A stretch of 36,217 nt of DNA, taken from Sandaracinaceae bacterium. GTDB taxonomy: Bacteria > Myxococcota_A > Polyangia > Polyangiales > Sandaracinaceae. The position numbers and the translations under genes were made by a program. The stretch is taken from NCBI GenBank assembly GCA_044220955.1, contig JBGAQA010000023.1, positions 1-36,217 on the forward strand, read 5' to 3'. The notes under the pieces are model-generated. The model did no database searches, had not been told where the DNA came from, and worked only from the letters and a program-made list of their open reading frames with translations. Below are positions 1 to 7,160 of this stretch, piece by piece; position 1 is the stretch's first letter, and every line of letters begins with the position of its first letter.

Positions 1-165
1 GTCGACGCGAGCGAGCCCAATGCGGGAACGATCGGGCTGACTCCCACGGCGAGCGGCTGGCTCGCGGGGTACACGACCGGGCGCGCGCGCGGTCGGATCG
101 CCGAGCTCCGGTGCGCGACACACGCGCCGCTCGGCGCGCCGCAGTCGATCGGCGCGGTACCCTGA
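1..165 (+). CDS. 3' end of a hypothetical protein (truncated by window edge)
   Basis: Frame +1 is open from base 1 with GC3-rich codons (VDASEPNAGTIGLTPTASGWLAGYTTG...GAVP) and ends at TGA 163-165. Confidence 0.6.
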   Translation, partial: VDASEPNAGTIGLTPTASGWLAGYTTGRARGRIAELRCATHAPLGAPQSIGAVP

Positions 166-221
166 GTCGATCCCGTGCGGGCCCGGTTGCCGCGCGCGGC
201 GCGACCGGGTACGGGTGAGCG

Positions 222-401
222 ATGCGCACCTTCATCACGATCGTCGCGCTCCTCGGCGCCGGATGCGCGGCCGTCCCCGACTCTGTCGCGTGCACGCACT
301 GCGCCTGCACCCCCGCGCAGCGAAGCGCATCGCGACCGATCCTCTGCTCCACGCTGCAGCGCGACGCGATCTGCTGCACCATCGTCTTGCCGACGTCGTG
401 A
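222..401 (+). CDS. Small (59 aa) Cys-rich secreted or lipo-peptide
   Basis: Translated by hand: MRTFITIVALLGAGCAAVPDSVACTHCACTPAQRSASRPILCSTLQRDAICCTIVLPTS. Signal-peptide-like N-terminus ending in GAGC, 7 Cys. Upstream TTGCCG-17nt-TACGGG-6nt-ATG. Below the ORF-track length cut-off. Confidence 0.55.
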   Translation: MRTFITIVALLGAGCAAVPDSVACTHCACTPAQRSASRPILCSTLQRDAICCTIVLPTS

Positions 402-478
402 GCGCGCCGGCGCGCTCGGTGGGGCGACCCGGATCCGAGGCAGGTGGACACGCGCGTCGCCGCGCGTAGCTGCCGATC

Positions 479-1150
479 GTGGCGGTCACGCTCGACCAGC
501 GGCTGGGACGGCTCGGAGGCGCATGCGCGTGGCTCGCCGCGGCGGCGTTCGCGGTACGCGGCCTGCTCGCGTGGGACGCAGGCCTTCCGCCGAGCGAAGG
601 GACGGCGATCCTCGCGTGGCTGGGCGCACACCTGACGACGCTGCGCTGGGCGGTCGAGGTCACGTTCTTCGCGATGATGTTCCTCGTCCCCGCCCTCGTC
701 GCGCTCACGGTGCGCGTCGCCCGTACGCACCCCGTTCACGCCGTGGTCGGCGCCAGCGCGTGGACGGTGACGATCGTGCTGCTCGCGATGGCCGTCGTCG
801 TGGAGGGACGCCTCGTGTTCCCGGTCCTCGGCATCGCGCTGCGGGCCGCCGACGTGGCCGAGCTCGTCGTCGCGCTCGACTTCGGCGCATGGCACGCCAT
901 CCGGCTCGTGGAGGTCGTCGCGACGCTCGCGGTCGGGCTGGGAGCCTGGAGGCGGACGGACGCTCGGCTCGTCGCATGGAGCGCGCTCTTCGTCGCCGTC
1001 GCCGACGTGGCGGCGGCCTATCCGGAGGCGATCGGCGCCAGCGGCCTCTTGGCATGCGACATCGTCTCGGCGCTCTGGCTACTCGCCGCAGGACGCTGGC
1101 TGCTCGGCGCGGCGGAGCTCGACACGGTGAGCGGGAGCGCTGCGGCCTGA
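479..1150 (+). CDS. Integral membrane protein, ~6 TM (DUF4386-like)
   Basis: 223-aa ORF with multiple hydrophobic segments and GC3-rich codons. Family assignment is tentative. Confidence 0.7.
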   Translation: MAVTLDQRLGRLGGACAWLAAAAFAVRGLLAWDAGLPPSEGTAILAWLGAHLTTLRWAVEVTFFAMMFLVPALVALTVRVARTHPVHAVVGASAWTVTIVLLAMAVVVEGRLVFPVLGIALRAADVAELVVALDFGAWHAIRLVEVVATLAVGLGAWRRTDARLVAWSALFVAVADVAAAYPEAIGASGLLACDIVSALWLLAAGRWLLGAAELDTVSGSAAA

Positions 1151-1185
1151 TCGCTCGTGGCGCGCGCCGTGCCATCCTCCCGCGC

Positions 1186-2343
1186 ATGTCCTCGAAAACG
1201 ATCACCCTCGCGTGCCTGCTCCTCGCGTGTGGTGGCGCCGGGCCCCCGAGCACGCCGGTGCAGTCGATGGCCGTGAGCGGAGCGGGCGTGGCGTCCGACG
1301 GCACACGCGTGCAGCTCACCTTCCAGCTCCTCGATGCGGCGTACGCGCCGACCGTGGTGGCCGGGACCGCGACGGTCGAGATCCGCGAGCGGCCCGAGGA
1401 GGCCGGGGCGACCAGCGGCCGGGTGGTGTGCTCGGCCGTGCAGACCTTCGCGCCCGACGCGTTCCGTGAGAGCGAGGGCTGGGCCGCTTCGTTCGATGCC
1501 GCGCTGACGCCTCCGTGCCCGCCGGCGCCGCCCGGCCCCGACGTGGTGCGAGAGGTACACGCGTTCTTCAGCGCCGAGCCCTCGTCCGACGACGGCGGAT
1601 GGCTCGAGGCCCCGCCGGCGCTGCGGGGGCAGTACACGCGGGACGAGGCGCGCACCGAGGTGCAGGCGCGTGCCGCGCGGGCCGCCGCCGCATTGGCGGC
1701 GACGGAGGGGAGCGCCGGGCGCGAGAGGATCGACGCGTACGCGCGGACGCTGGGTGCGCTGGTGCCGGTCGTCGCCGCGGGACGCGATGCGCCGACGAGC
1801 TGCGCGGACGTGCCCTCGCCGGAGGCGGCGCCCCTGATCGAGGAGCAAGACCTCGCCGTGATCCAGACGGCGTTCGGCGGGCCGCCGGCCGAGCCGCCGG
1901 TCCGAGCTCGCGCGACCCAGGACGGCCTGCGCCACGTGATCGCGGTGCTCGACGGCGTCGAGACCGACGGCGCGCGCATCGGCGCGATCGCCGGCGGGCT
2001 GCATCCCGAGCGACCGCTGCTCTGGGTTCGCACGCGCGCGACGTGGACGGATCCGGAGATCGTCGAGGGCGAGCACGGGGCGCCCGACCGTTTCGTCCCC
2101 GGCCGCTTCGAAGCCACGCTCCTGCTGGTGGACCGCTCGGCGGTGCGTGTCGTTTGCGGCGCCCGGATCGAGGCGCAGAGCGACGACTCGGTCTCGGCGT
2201 ACGCGAGCGTCGAGGACGCACGCGCCGCGCTCGGCGAGCAGCTCCGGATCGGCCTGGAGAACGCGGCGTGGGAAGCGACGCGCGCCGCGCGCCAGGCGCT
2301 CACGGGCGATCGCGTGCCCTTCGACATCCCGCCGGCGGAGTGA
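1186..2343 (+). CDS. Hypothetical lipoprotein
   Basis: True start within the 175..2343 ORF is MSSKTITLACLLLACGG (lipobox LLAC). The remainder is a globular, non-shadow sequence. Confidence 0.75.
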   Translation: MSSKTITLACLLLACGGAGPPSTPVQSMAVSGAGVASDGTRVQLTFQLLDAAYAPTVVAGTATVEIRERPEEAGATSGRVVCSAVQTFAPDAFRESEGWAASFDAALTPPCPPAPPGPDVVREVHAFFSAEPSSDDGGWLEAPPALRGQYTRDEARTEVQARAARAAAALAATEGSAGRERIDAYARTLGALVPVVAAGRDAPTSCADVPSPEAAPLIEEQDLAVIQTAFGGPPAEPPVRARATQDGLRHVIAVLDGVETDGARIGAIAGGLHPERPLLWVRTRATWTDPEIVEGEHGAPDRFVPGRFEATLLLVDRSAVRVVCGARIEAQSDDSVSAYASVEDARAALGEQLRIGLENAAWEATRAARQALTGDRVPFDIPPAE

Positions 2344-2391
2344 AGACGTCGATCGTCGACACGACGGCGCGCGCGGCGCGGGAGCTCTCGG

Positions 2392-3210
2392 TCAGGGCGC
2401 CACGCGCTCGACGAACGCCAGGATCTCGCGCGTGACGCTCGGATCGCCGAGGTTGTGCGTGCCGCCCTCGACTCGCAGGAAGCGCTCGGTCGGGAAGAGG
2501 GCGCCGAGCCGCTGGCCGAGCTCGAAGGGGATCACCTCGTCGCGGTCGCCGTGCACGTGGAGGATCGGAACGCGGATCGAGGGCGCGCGCGCCGCGCTGT
2601 CGAGCGCGTAGGCATCCGGCACGAGGCGCGTCAGCGGCAGGCCGACGATCACGCGGGCCATGTCGTGAAGCGAGGTGAACGTGGACTCGATGACGGCGCC
2701 GGCCGCGCCCGACGCCGGTCCGGCGAGGGCGGCGATCGCCGCGGCGCCGCCGAGCGAGTGTCCCTGCACGACGAGCGAATTGGGCGCGACGCTCCGCTCG
2801 TCGAGGAGAAAACGGACCGCCGCCTCGGCGTCGCGCTCGATGCCCCGCGCGCTCGGCGTGCCCTCGCTCTCCCCGTAGCCGCGGTACTCGGCCAGCAACA
2901 CGTCCGTGCCACGGTCGGCGAGCACGTCGGCCCACGACCATGCATCGGACGCGGTCTCGGCGTTGCCGTGGAAGAACACGAGCGTGCGGCGACGCGCGCC
3001 ACGAGCGGGGACGAACCACGCGGCGAGCCGCACACCGTCGTCGGCCACGTAGCGCACGCGCTCGGCCACGCGCGCGACCTCCGACGCCTCGTCACGCCGC
3101 GGGTGGAAGAGAAAGAGGTGCAGCACCGACGCGAGCACGAAGTGACCCGCCACGAGCATGCCCAGCGCGAGCCCGCCGCGAAAGAGCCGCTGCCGCGTCT
3201 CGGGTGCCAT
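2392..3210 (-). CDS. Alpha/beta hydrolase with N-terminal TM anchor (ABHD13/Bem46-like)
   Basis: Motifs FFHGNAE, EYRGYGES, nucleophile GHSLGG, HGDRDEVIP and GGTHN. Start placed at MAPETRQ. Confidence 0.9.
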   Translation of the reverse strand: MAPETRQRLFRGGLALGMLVAGHFVLASVLHLFLFHPRRDEASEVARVAERVRYVADDGVRLAAWFVPARGARRRTLVFFHGNAETASDAWSWADVLADRGTDVLLAEYRGYGESEGTPSARGIERDAEAAVRFLLDERSVAPNSLVVQGHSLGGAAAIAALAGPASGAAGAVIESTFTSLHDMARVIVGLPLTRLVPDAYALDSAARAPSIRVPILHVHGDRDEVIPFELGQRLGALFPTERFLRVEGGTHNLGDPSVTREILAFVERVAP

Positions 3211-3296
3211 CTCCACAGCATACGCGCCGGATTCCCTGGGCATTTCGCGCGGGACCAAGATCCGGCGCCTCTCGGTCGTATTACGATGGCGCCCCG

Positions 3297-4400
3297 ATGA
3301 CCTCGCTCGCCCAGACCGCCCTCGCGCTCCCCGTCCGGGGGCTCGACCGCGCGCGGCTCTACTGGCTCCGGGCGCTCGGTCCGCTCGCCAAGCCGCTGGT
3401 GCGATCGCGCGAGCTGCGTGTGGCGGTGTTCGGGGCGACGTCGCTCCTGGTCGCGCTCGGGCTCACGGCGAGCGTGCCTCTCTATCTCCTCGCCATCGGG
3501 CCCCTCGTGCTCGGCGTCCCGCACGTCGGGAGCGACCTGCGCTACCTCGTGTTCCGGCCGAAGCTGCACCGCCGCGCTTGGCTCGTGGTGCCGGCGCTCG
3601 GGCTCTACGCGGCGCACGCGTACACGTACGACGCGCGCTGGGGCATCGGGGTGACCTTGCTGGCGATCGTTGCGGCACGCGGCAGACGCCATGGACGTCG
3701 TCTGCTGGCGCTCCTGCTCGGCGCGGCGTGGATGGGCGCCGCCTTCCTCGACGCGCGCCTCACCGCGCTGATCTTCGCGCACCTGCACAACTTCGCCGCG
3801 GTGATCTTCCTCTGGGCGTGGCGCCCGCGGCGCGCGAGCAAGCTGCACTTCGTGCCCATCGGCCTCTTCGCGCTCGCGGCCGCGTTCGTGCTGCTGGGGG
3901 GCCTCGACCCGATCGTCGCGGCGCTCTCCGGGTTCGCGCCCGTCGTCGGGCGAACCGGCATCGAGTGGAACCTGGCGCTCTACGCGCCAGAGGTCCCGAC
4001 GCCGTTCGCCTCCCGCCTCGTGCTGCTCTTCGCGTTCGCGCAGAGCGTCCACTACGCGGTGTGGCTGCGCCTCTTGCCCGAGGAGGATCGCCCGCGCGAG
4101 ACGCCGCGCACCTGGGCCTCGACGTTGACGGCGCTGCGCCAGGACGTGGGCCTGCCGGTCGCACTGGTGATCTTCGCGGTCGCGCTCGGGGTCGCGGTCT
4201 GGGCGACCATCGACCTCTTCGCGGCTCGGCTGGGCTACCTGCGCATGGTGCTCTTCCACGGGTACATGGAGACGGCGGCGCTCGCGCTGCTCTTCATCGA
4301 GGGGCGACCTCTGCGGAGCGCGGACGACACGCCGCTGCCCTCGCCGGGGGCTCACGCGCACCCTTCGGCTCCTCGTTCGGTCGAGGCCGCCGCGGCGTGA
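3297..4400 (+). CDS. Polytopic membrane protein with four His-containing motifs (uncharacterised)
   Basis: Starts MTSLAQTALAL. About 9-10 hydrophobic segments. Motifs GVPHVGSDLRY, AHLHNF, QSVHY, FHGYME. Confidence 0.8.
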   Translation: MTSLAQTALALPVRGLDRARLYWLRALGPLAKPLVRSRELRVAVFGATSLLVALGLTASVPLYLLAIGPLVLGVPHVGSDLRYLVFRPKLHRRAWLVVPALGLYAAHAYTYDARWGIGVTLLAIVAARGRRHGRRLLALLLGAAWMGAAFLDARLTALIFAHLHNFAAVIFLWAWRPRRASKLHFVPIGLFALAAAFVLLGGLDPIVAALSGFAPVVGRTGIEWNLALYAPEVPTPFASRLVLLFAFAQSVHYAVWLRLLPEEDRPRETPRTWASTLTALRQDVGLPVALVIFAVALGVAVWATIDLFAARLGYLRMVLFHGYMETAALALLFIEGRPLRSADDTPLPSPGAHAHPSAPRSVEAAAA

Positions 4401-4406
4401 CCGCGA

Positions 4407-5588
4407 TCAGTCGGCGCCGGCGAGCTCGGGGTGGGCGTCCATGTACGCGGTCGCCTCGCGGAACGTGGTGCAGCGGACCTCGGGCAGGCCGCAGACGTGG
4501 CGCATGAAGCGCGCGATCGGGCGCTGGAAGCCACCATGACCGCTCACGAGGAAGGGCGCGCGTGAGCCGCGGTAGCGGCTCATCAGCTCGGCGGTGACGA
4601 CGCGCTCGAACGTCTCGTCCATCCACGCCTGGACCGGCTGCTCGCCGTGCACGCCGGCTGCGAGCGCCGCCGCGCGCAGGCGCGCGTCGAGGTTGAGGTC
4701 GTAGAGCAGCACCGGTCCCTCGCGCCCGGGGATGTGCACCGTGGGGACGCCGAAGACCCACACCCCATGCTCACCGTGCCGCGTGGGCCAGCGGCGGGCG
4801 TTCTGCGTGGCCGAGCAGTCGTACGTGTAGCCGTGCGCCGCGAGCGAGTCGTAGAGCGCGTCGCTCGTCTCGAGGAAGGGCGCGCGGAAGCCCGTCGGGG
4901 CCGCGAGCCCGAGCACGCCGAGGATCCGCGCGTGATCCTCGAGCTCGAAGTCCCAGCGCTCGCGCGTGAAGTCGCGCCCGTGCAGGTGTCGGACCGTGTG
5001 CGCCCCGATCTCGACGCCGCGCTCGGCGAGGCGACGGATGTTCTCGACGGTCACGTCGATGTCATGGCGCGTCCGAGCATAGTGGAAGACGTACGCGTTG
5101 CGAGGGAGCACGCCGCGGAAGGGCTCGTCCTCGGGCGGGAGGCGGCGGCGCTCGGGATCGAAGGTCATCCCGCCGGTTCCGATGAAGAGGGTGAAGGCGC
5201 GCTGCGGCTCGCCCGCCACCCGGCCGGCGTTGACGTTGGCGAGCATCTCCTCGGTTCCGCGCGCCGGAGAAAGAGGCGTGGTGTCGAAGCCGACAAGGAC
5301 GAACTGGGGCCGATGGGCAAACTCGCTCTCGCTCTCGCTCTCGCTCTCGCCCTCGCTCTCGCCCTCGCTCTCGCCCTCGCTCTCGCCCTCGCTCTCGCCC
5401 TCGCCCGCGCTCTCGCTTTCGCTCTCGCCCGCGCTCTCGGCCTCGCTCTGGCTCGCGCGCCCGCTCGCCCGCTGGCTCGCGCTCACGAGGGCGCCACTCG
5501 TCTGCGCGAGCGCGACGCAGCCCACGATCACGACCGCGCCGAGCCCGAGCCCCGCGAGGAGGATCTTTCGTCGCGGGATCGCGCTCAT
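4407..5588 (-). CDS. Polysaccharide deacetylase family (NodB/CE4) protein with acidic Ser-Glu-Gly linker
   Basis: EIGAHTVRH (HxxxH), GFRAPFL and YTYDCS motifs. Motif 1 reads GFDT. N-terminal RR plus hydrophobic signal. Confidence 0.8.
   Translation of the reverse strand: MSAIPRRKILLAGLGLGAVVIVGCVALAQTSGALVSASQRASGRASQSEAESAGESESESAGEGESEGESEGESEGESEGESESESESEFAHRPQFVLVGFDTTPLSPARGTEEMLANVNAGRVAGEPQRAFTLFIGTGGMTFDPERRRLPPEDEPFRGVLPRNAYVFHYARTRHDIDVTVENIRRLAERGVEIGAHTVRHLHGRDFTRERWDFELEDHARILGVLGLAAPTGFRAPFLETSDALYDSLAAHGYTYDCSATQNARRWPTRHGEHGVWVFGVPTVHIPGREGPVLLYDLNLDARLRAAALAAGVHGEQPVQAWMDETFERVVTAELMSRYRGSRAPFLVSGHGGFQRPIARFMRHVCGLPEVRCTTFREATAYMDAHPELAGAD
5322..5449 (-). repeat. Low-complexity 6/12-bp tandem repeat encoding (ES/EG)n linker
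   Basis: Repeated ctcgct/ctcgcc units on the + strand, translating to ESAGESESESAGEGESEGESEGESEGESEGESESESESE. Confidence 0.9.
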
Positions 5589-5603
5589 GTCGCGGTGCTC
5601 ACC

Positions 5604-6770
5604 TCAGGGCCCGACGTCCGTCCACGCCGGATCGTCGGTGGCGAACTGCGTGACCCACTCGCGCACCGTCGGACCGCCGCTCCCCGCGCGCATGTCGGGC
5701 GTGGTGATGAGCACGTGACCCATGTCGTTCACGTAGAACGTCCGCTGGTTGGCCGTCGCCATCGTCGTCGTGCGCAGCTCGACCAGGTCCGTGTGAATCA
5801 GGGCGCCGGACTCCGCGTAGAAGCTCGGGATCACGGTGTCGTCGAGGTAAGCGAGCAGCCCGAAGCGGTGCGGCGGCGTCATCGTCGTCGCGTAGTAGGG
5901 CATGGCGTCGCCCAGCGAGTCGCAGCCCGCGCAGTCCGGGGGCAGGTTGATGCCCCACGCGGTCTGCATCGTGCGCCAGCGGGCGCCGGGGACGTCGAGC
6001 GGCAGGCCGCAGTCGCTCAGCGCGTCCACGCGCGCGCTCGGGAAGAGCGCCTGCGCGACCCACCAGTTCGCGAGCACGCCGTAGCCGCCCGCGCTGGCGC
6101 CGACGAGCGTAACGTGCGTGGTCGAGGACCACGTCGCCGCGGCGCCCCGCAAGATCAGCTCCGAGTTGTGTGCACCCACGAAGTGCATGGTGCCACCGGT
6201 GAAGTGCGCGACGTTGTTGCCCGCGTGCGCGTCGCCCGTGCAGTACGGGATGTAGACGTAGCTGGCGTCGCGGTAGGGATTGCTCGCGACACGGTCGAAG
6301 ACGAACGACGCGCCGCCTCCGCTGGCCTCCGCCACGACCTCGGCCGCCGTGAGCGTGTCGCTCGTGTGCGACGCCGTGCCGAGCGCGAAGCAGGTGCCGC
6401 TGTCCCAGCACGCGCCGCCGCCCTGGAAGTAGACGACGACGTCGCTCGACGTGCTCGAGAGGTTGACGGCGACGAACATCGGCGAGCCGTTGCCGCACAC
6501 CGCGCCCTCGACCGCGACGCCCGTCCACGTCCCGGGCGTGCCCGTGAAGGCCGCGCCGGTGCCCGCGTCGTCCCATCCCGCGTCGTGCGGCACGTACGTG
6601 CTCGATCGGTATGCGTCGACGTTCGCGTCGCTCGGCGGGCCGGTGTCGTCGAGCGGGATGATCGCCGCGTCGTTCGCGCCGGCATCGGCGCCCGCCGGGC
6701 CACCGTTGTCCGTGCAGCCCAGCGCGAGGAGGAGGACGGAGACGAGAGCGAGATGCGAGGTGCGCCGCAT
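5604..6770 (-). CDS. Pectin acetylesterase/Notum-family (PAE) lipoprotein
   Basis: Lipobox ALGC. Motifs CGNGSP, YFQGGGACWD, YIPYCTGDAHAG, nucleophile GASAGGYG, and SDCG. Confidence 0.85.
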   Translation of the reverse strand: MRRTSHLALVSVLLLALGCTDNGGPAGADAGANDAAIIPLDDTGPPSDANVDAYRSSTYVPHDAGWDDAGTGAAFTGTPGTWTGVAVEGAVCGNGSPMFVAVNLSSTSSDVVVYFQGGGACWDSGTCFALGTASHTSDTLTAAEVVAEASGGGASFVFDRVASNPYRDASYVYIPYCTGDAHAGNNVAHFTGGTMHFVGAHNSELILRGAAATWSSTTHVTLVGASAGGYGVLANWWVAQALFPSARVDALSDCGLPLDVPGARWRTMQTAWGINLPPDCAGCDSLGDAMPYYATTMTPPHRFGLLAYLDDTVIPSFYAESGALIHTDLVELRTTTMATANQRTFYVNDMGHVLITTPDMRAGSGGPTVREWVTQFATDDPAWTDVGP

Positions 6771-6823
6771 GGCGGAAAAGCCTAGCCGATCCTCGGCGCG
6801 CTCGTCTCTTTCCGTACGGCGGT

Positions 6824-6898
6824 GTGAGGGGCTGCGACGCTCGAGAGCCCCTCACCCCAGCCCTCTCCCCGCCGGACCCGCCGGGCGGGAAGAGGGAG
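6824..6898. repeat. BoxC/REP-like palindromic intergenic element
   Basis: Perfect 10-bp inverted repeat gtgaggggct (6824-6833) / agcccctcac (6846-6855), continuing as ccctcaccccagccctctcccc...gggaagaggg (pyrimidine-rich arm and purine-rich arm). Confidence 0.6.
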
Positions 6899-6943
6899 TC
6901 GGAGAGCACCGGGAGATGTGATCGCGCTCCCCCGCGGAGGGTG

Positions 6944-7060
6944 TCAGCGAAACACCTCGGCGATCGTCATCGCGACCTCGACGATCGATCGCGCCATCGG
7001 GATGATCGCGAGCTGCGGCAAGTCCAGGAGCATGCGCAGCACGAGCGCGACGACCGCCAC
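6944..7060 (-). CDS. Putative 38-aa hydrophobic small protein
   Basis: GTG start, (M)AVVALVLRMLLDLPQLAIIPMARSIVEVAMTIAEVFR. Nearly all codons are G/C-ending. CAGGCT hexamer 8 nt upstream. Confidence 0.35.
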   Translation of the reverse strand: MAVVALVLRMLLDLPQLAIIPMARSIVEVAMTIAEVFR

Positions 7061-7160
7061 GATGTGCGAGCCTGCACGGGCGCACCGAGCCCCACCAGCG
7101 CGCTCCGTCCACTCTGGCTGTTGACGCCCCCCACCTCTGCGATCGATCGTCGCCGCCACC

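Noticed and set aside
1158..1172. Sigma54-like TGGCGC-N5-GTGC upstream of the 1186 lipoprotein
   Set aside because: Correct GG-N10-GC spacing, but such matches are frequent at this GC content and the site overlaps an equally plausible extended -10. Cannot be resolved from sequence alone.
175..1185. N-terminal 337 codons of the 722-aa ORF 175..2343
   Set aside because: Arg/Ala/Pro-rich off-frame read-through overlapping better genes (222-401, 479-1150). The real protein starts at the lipoprotein signal at 1186.
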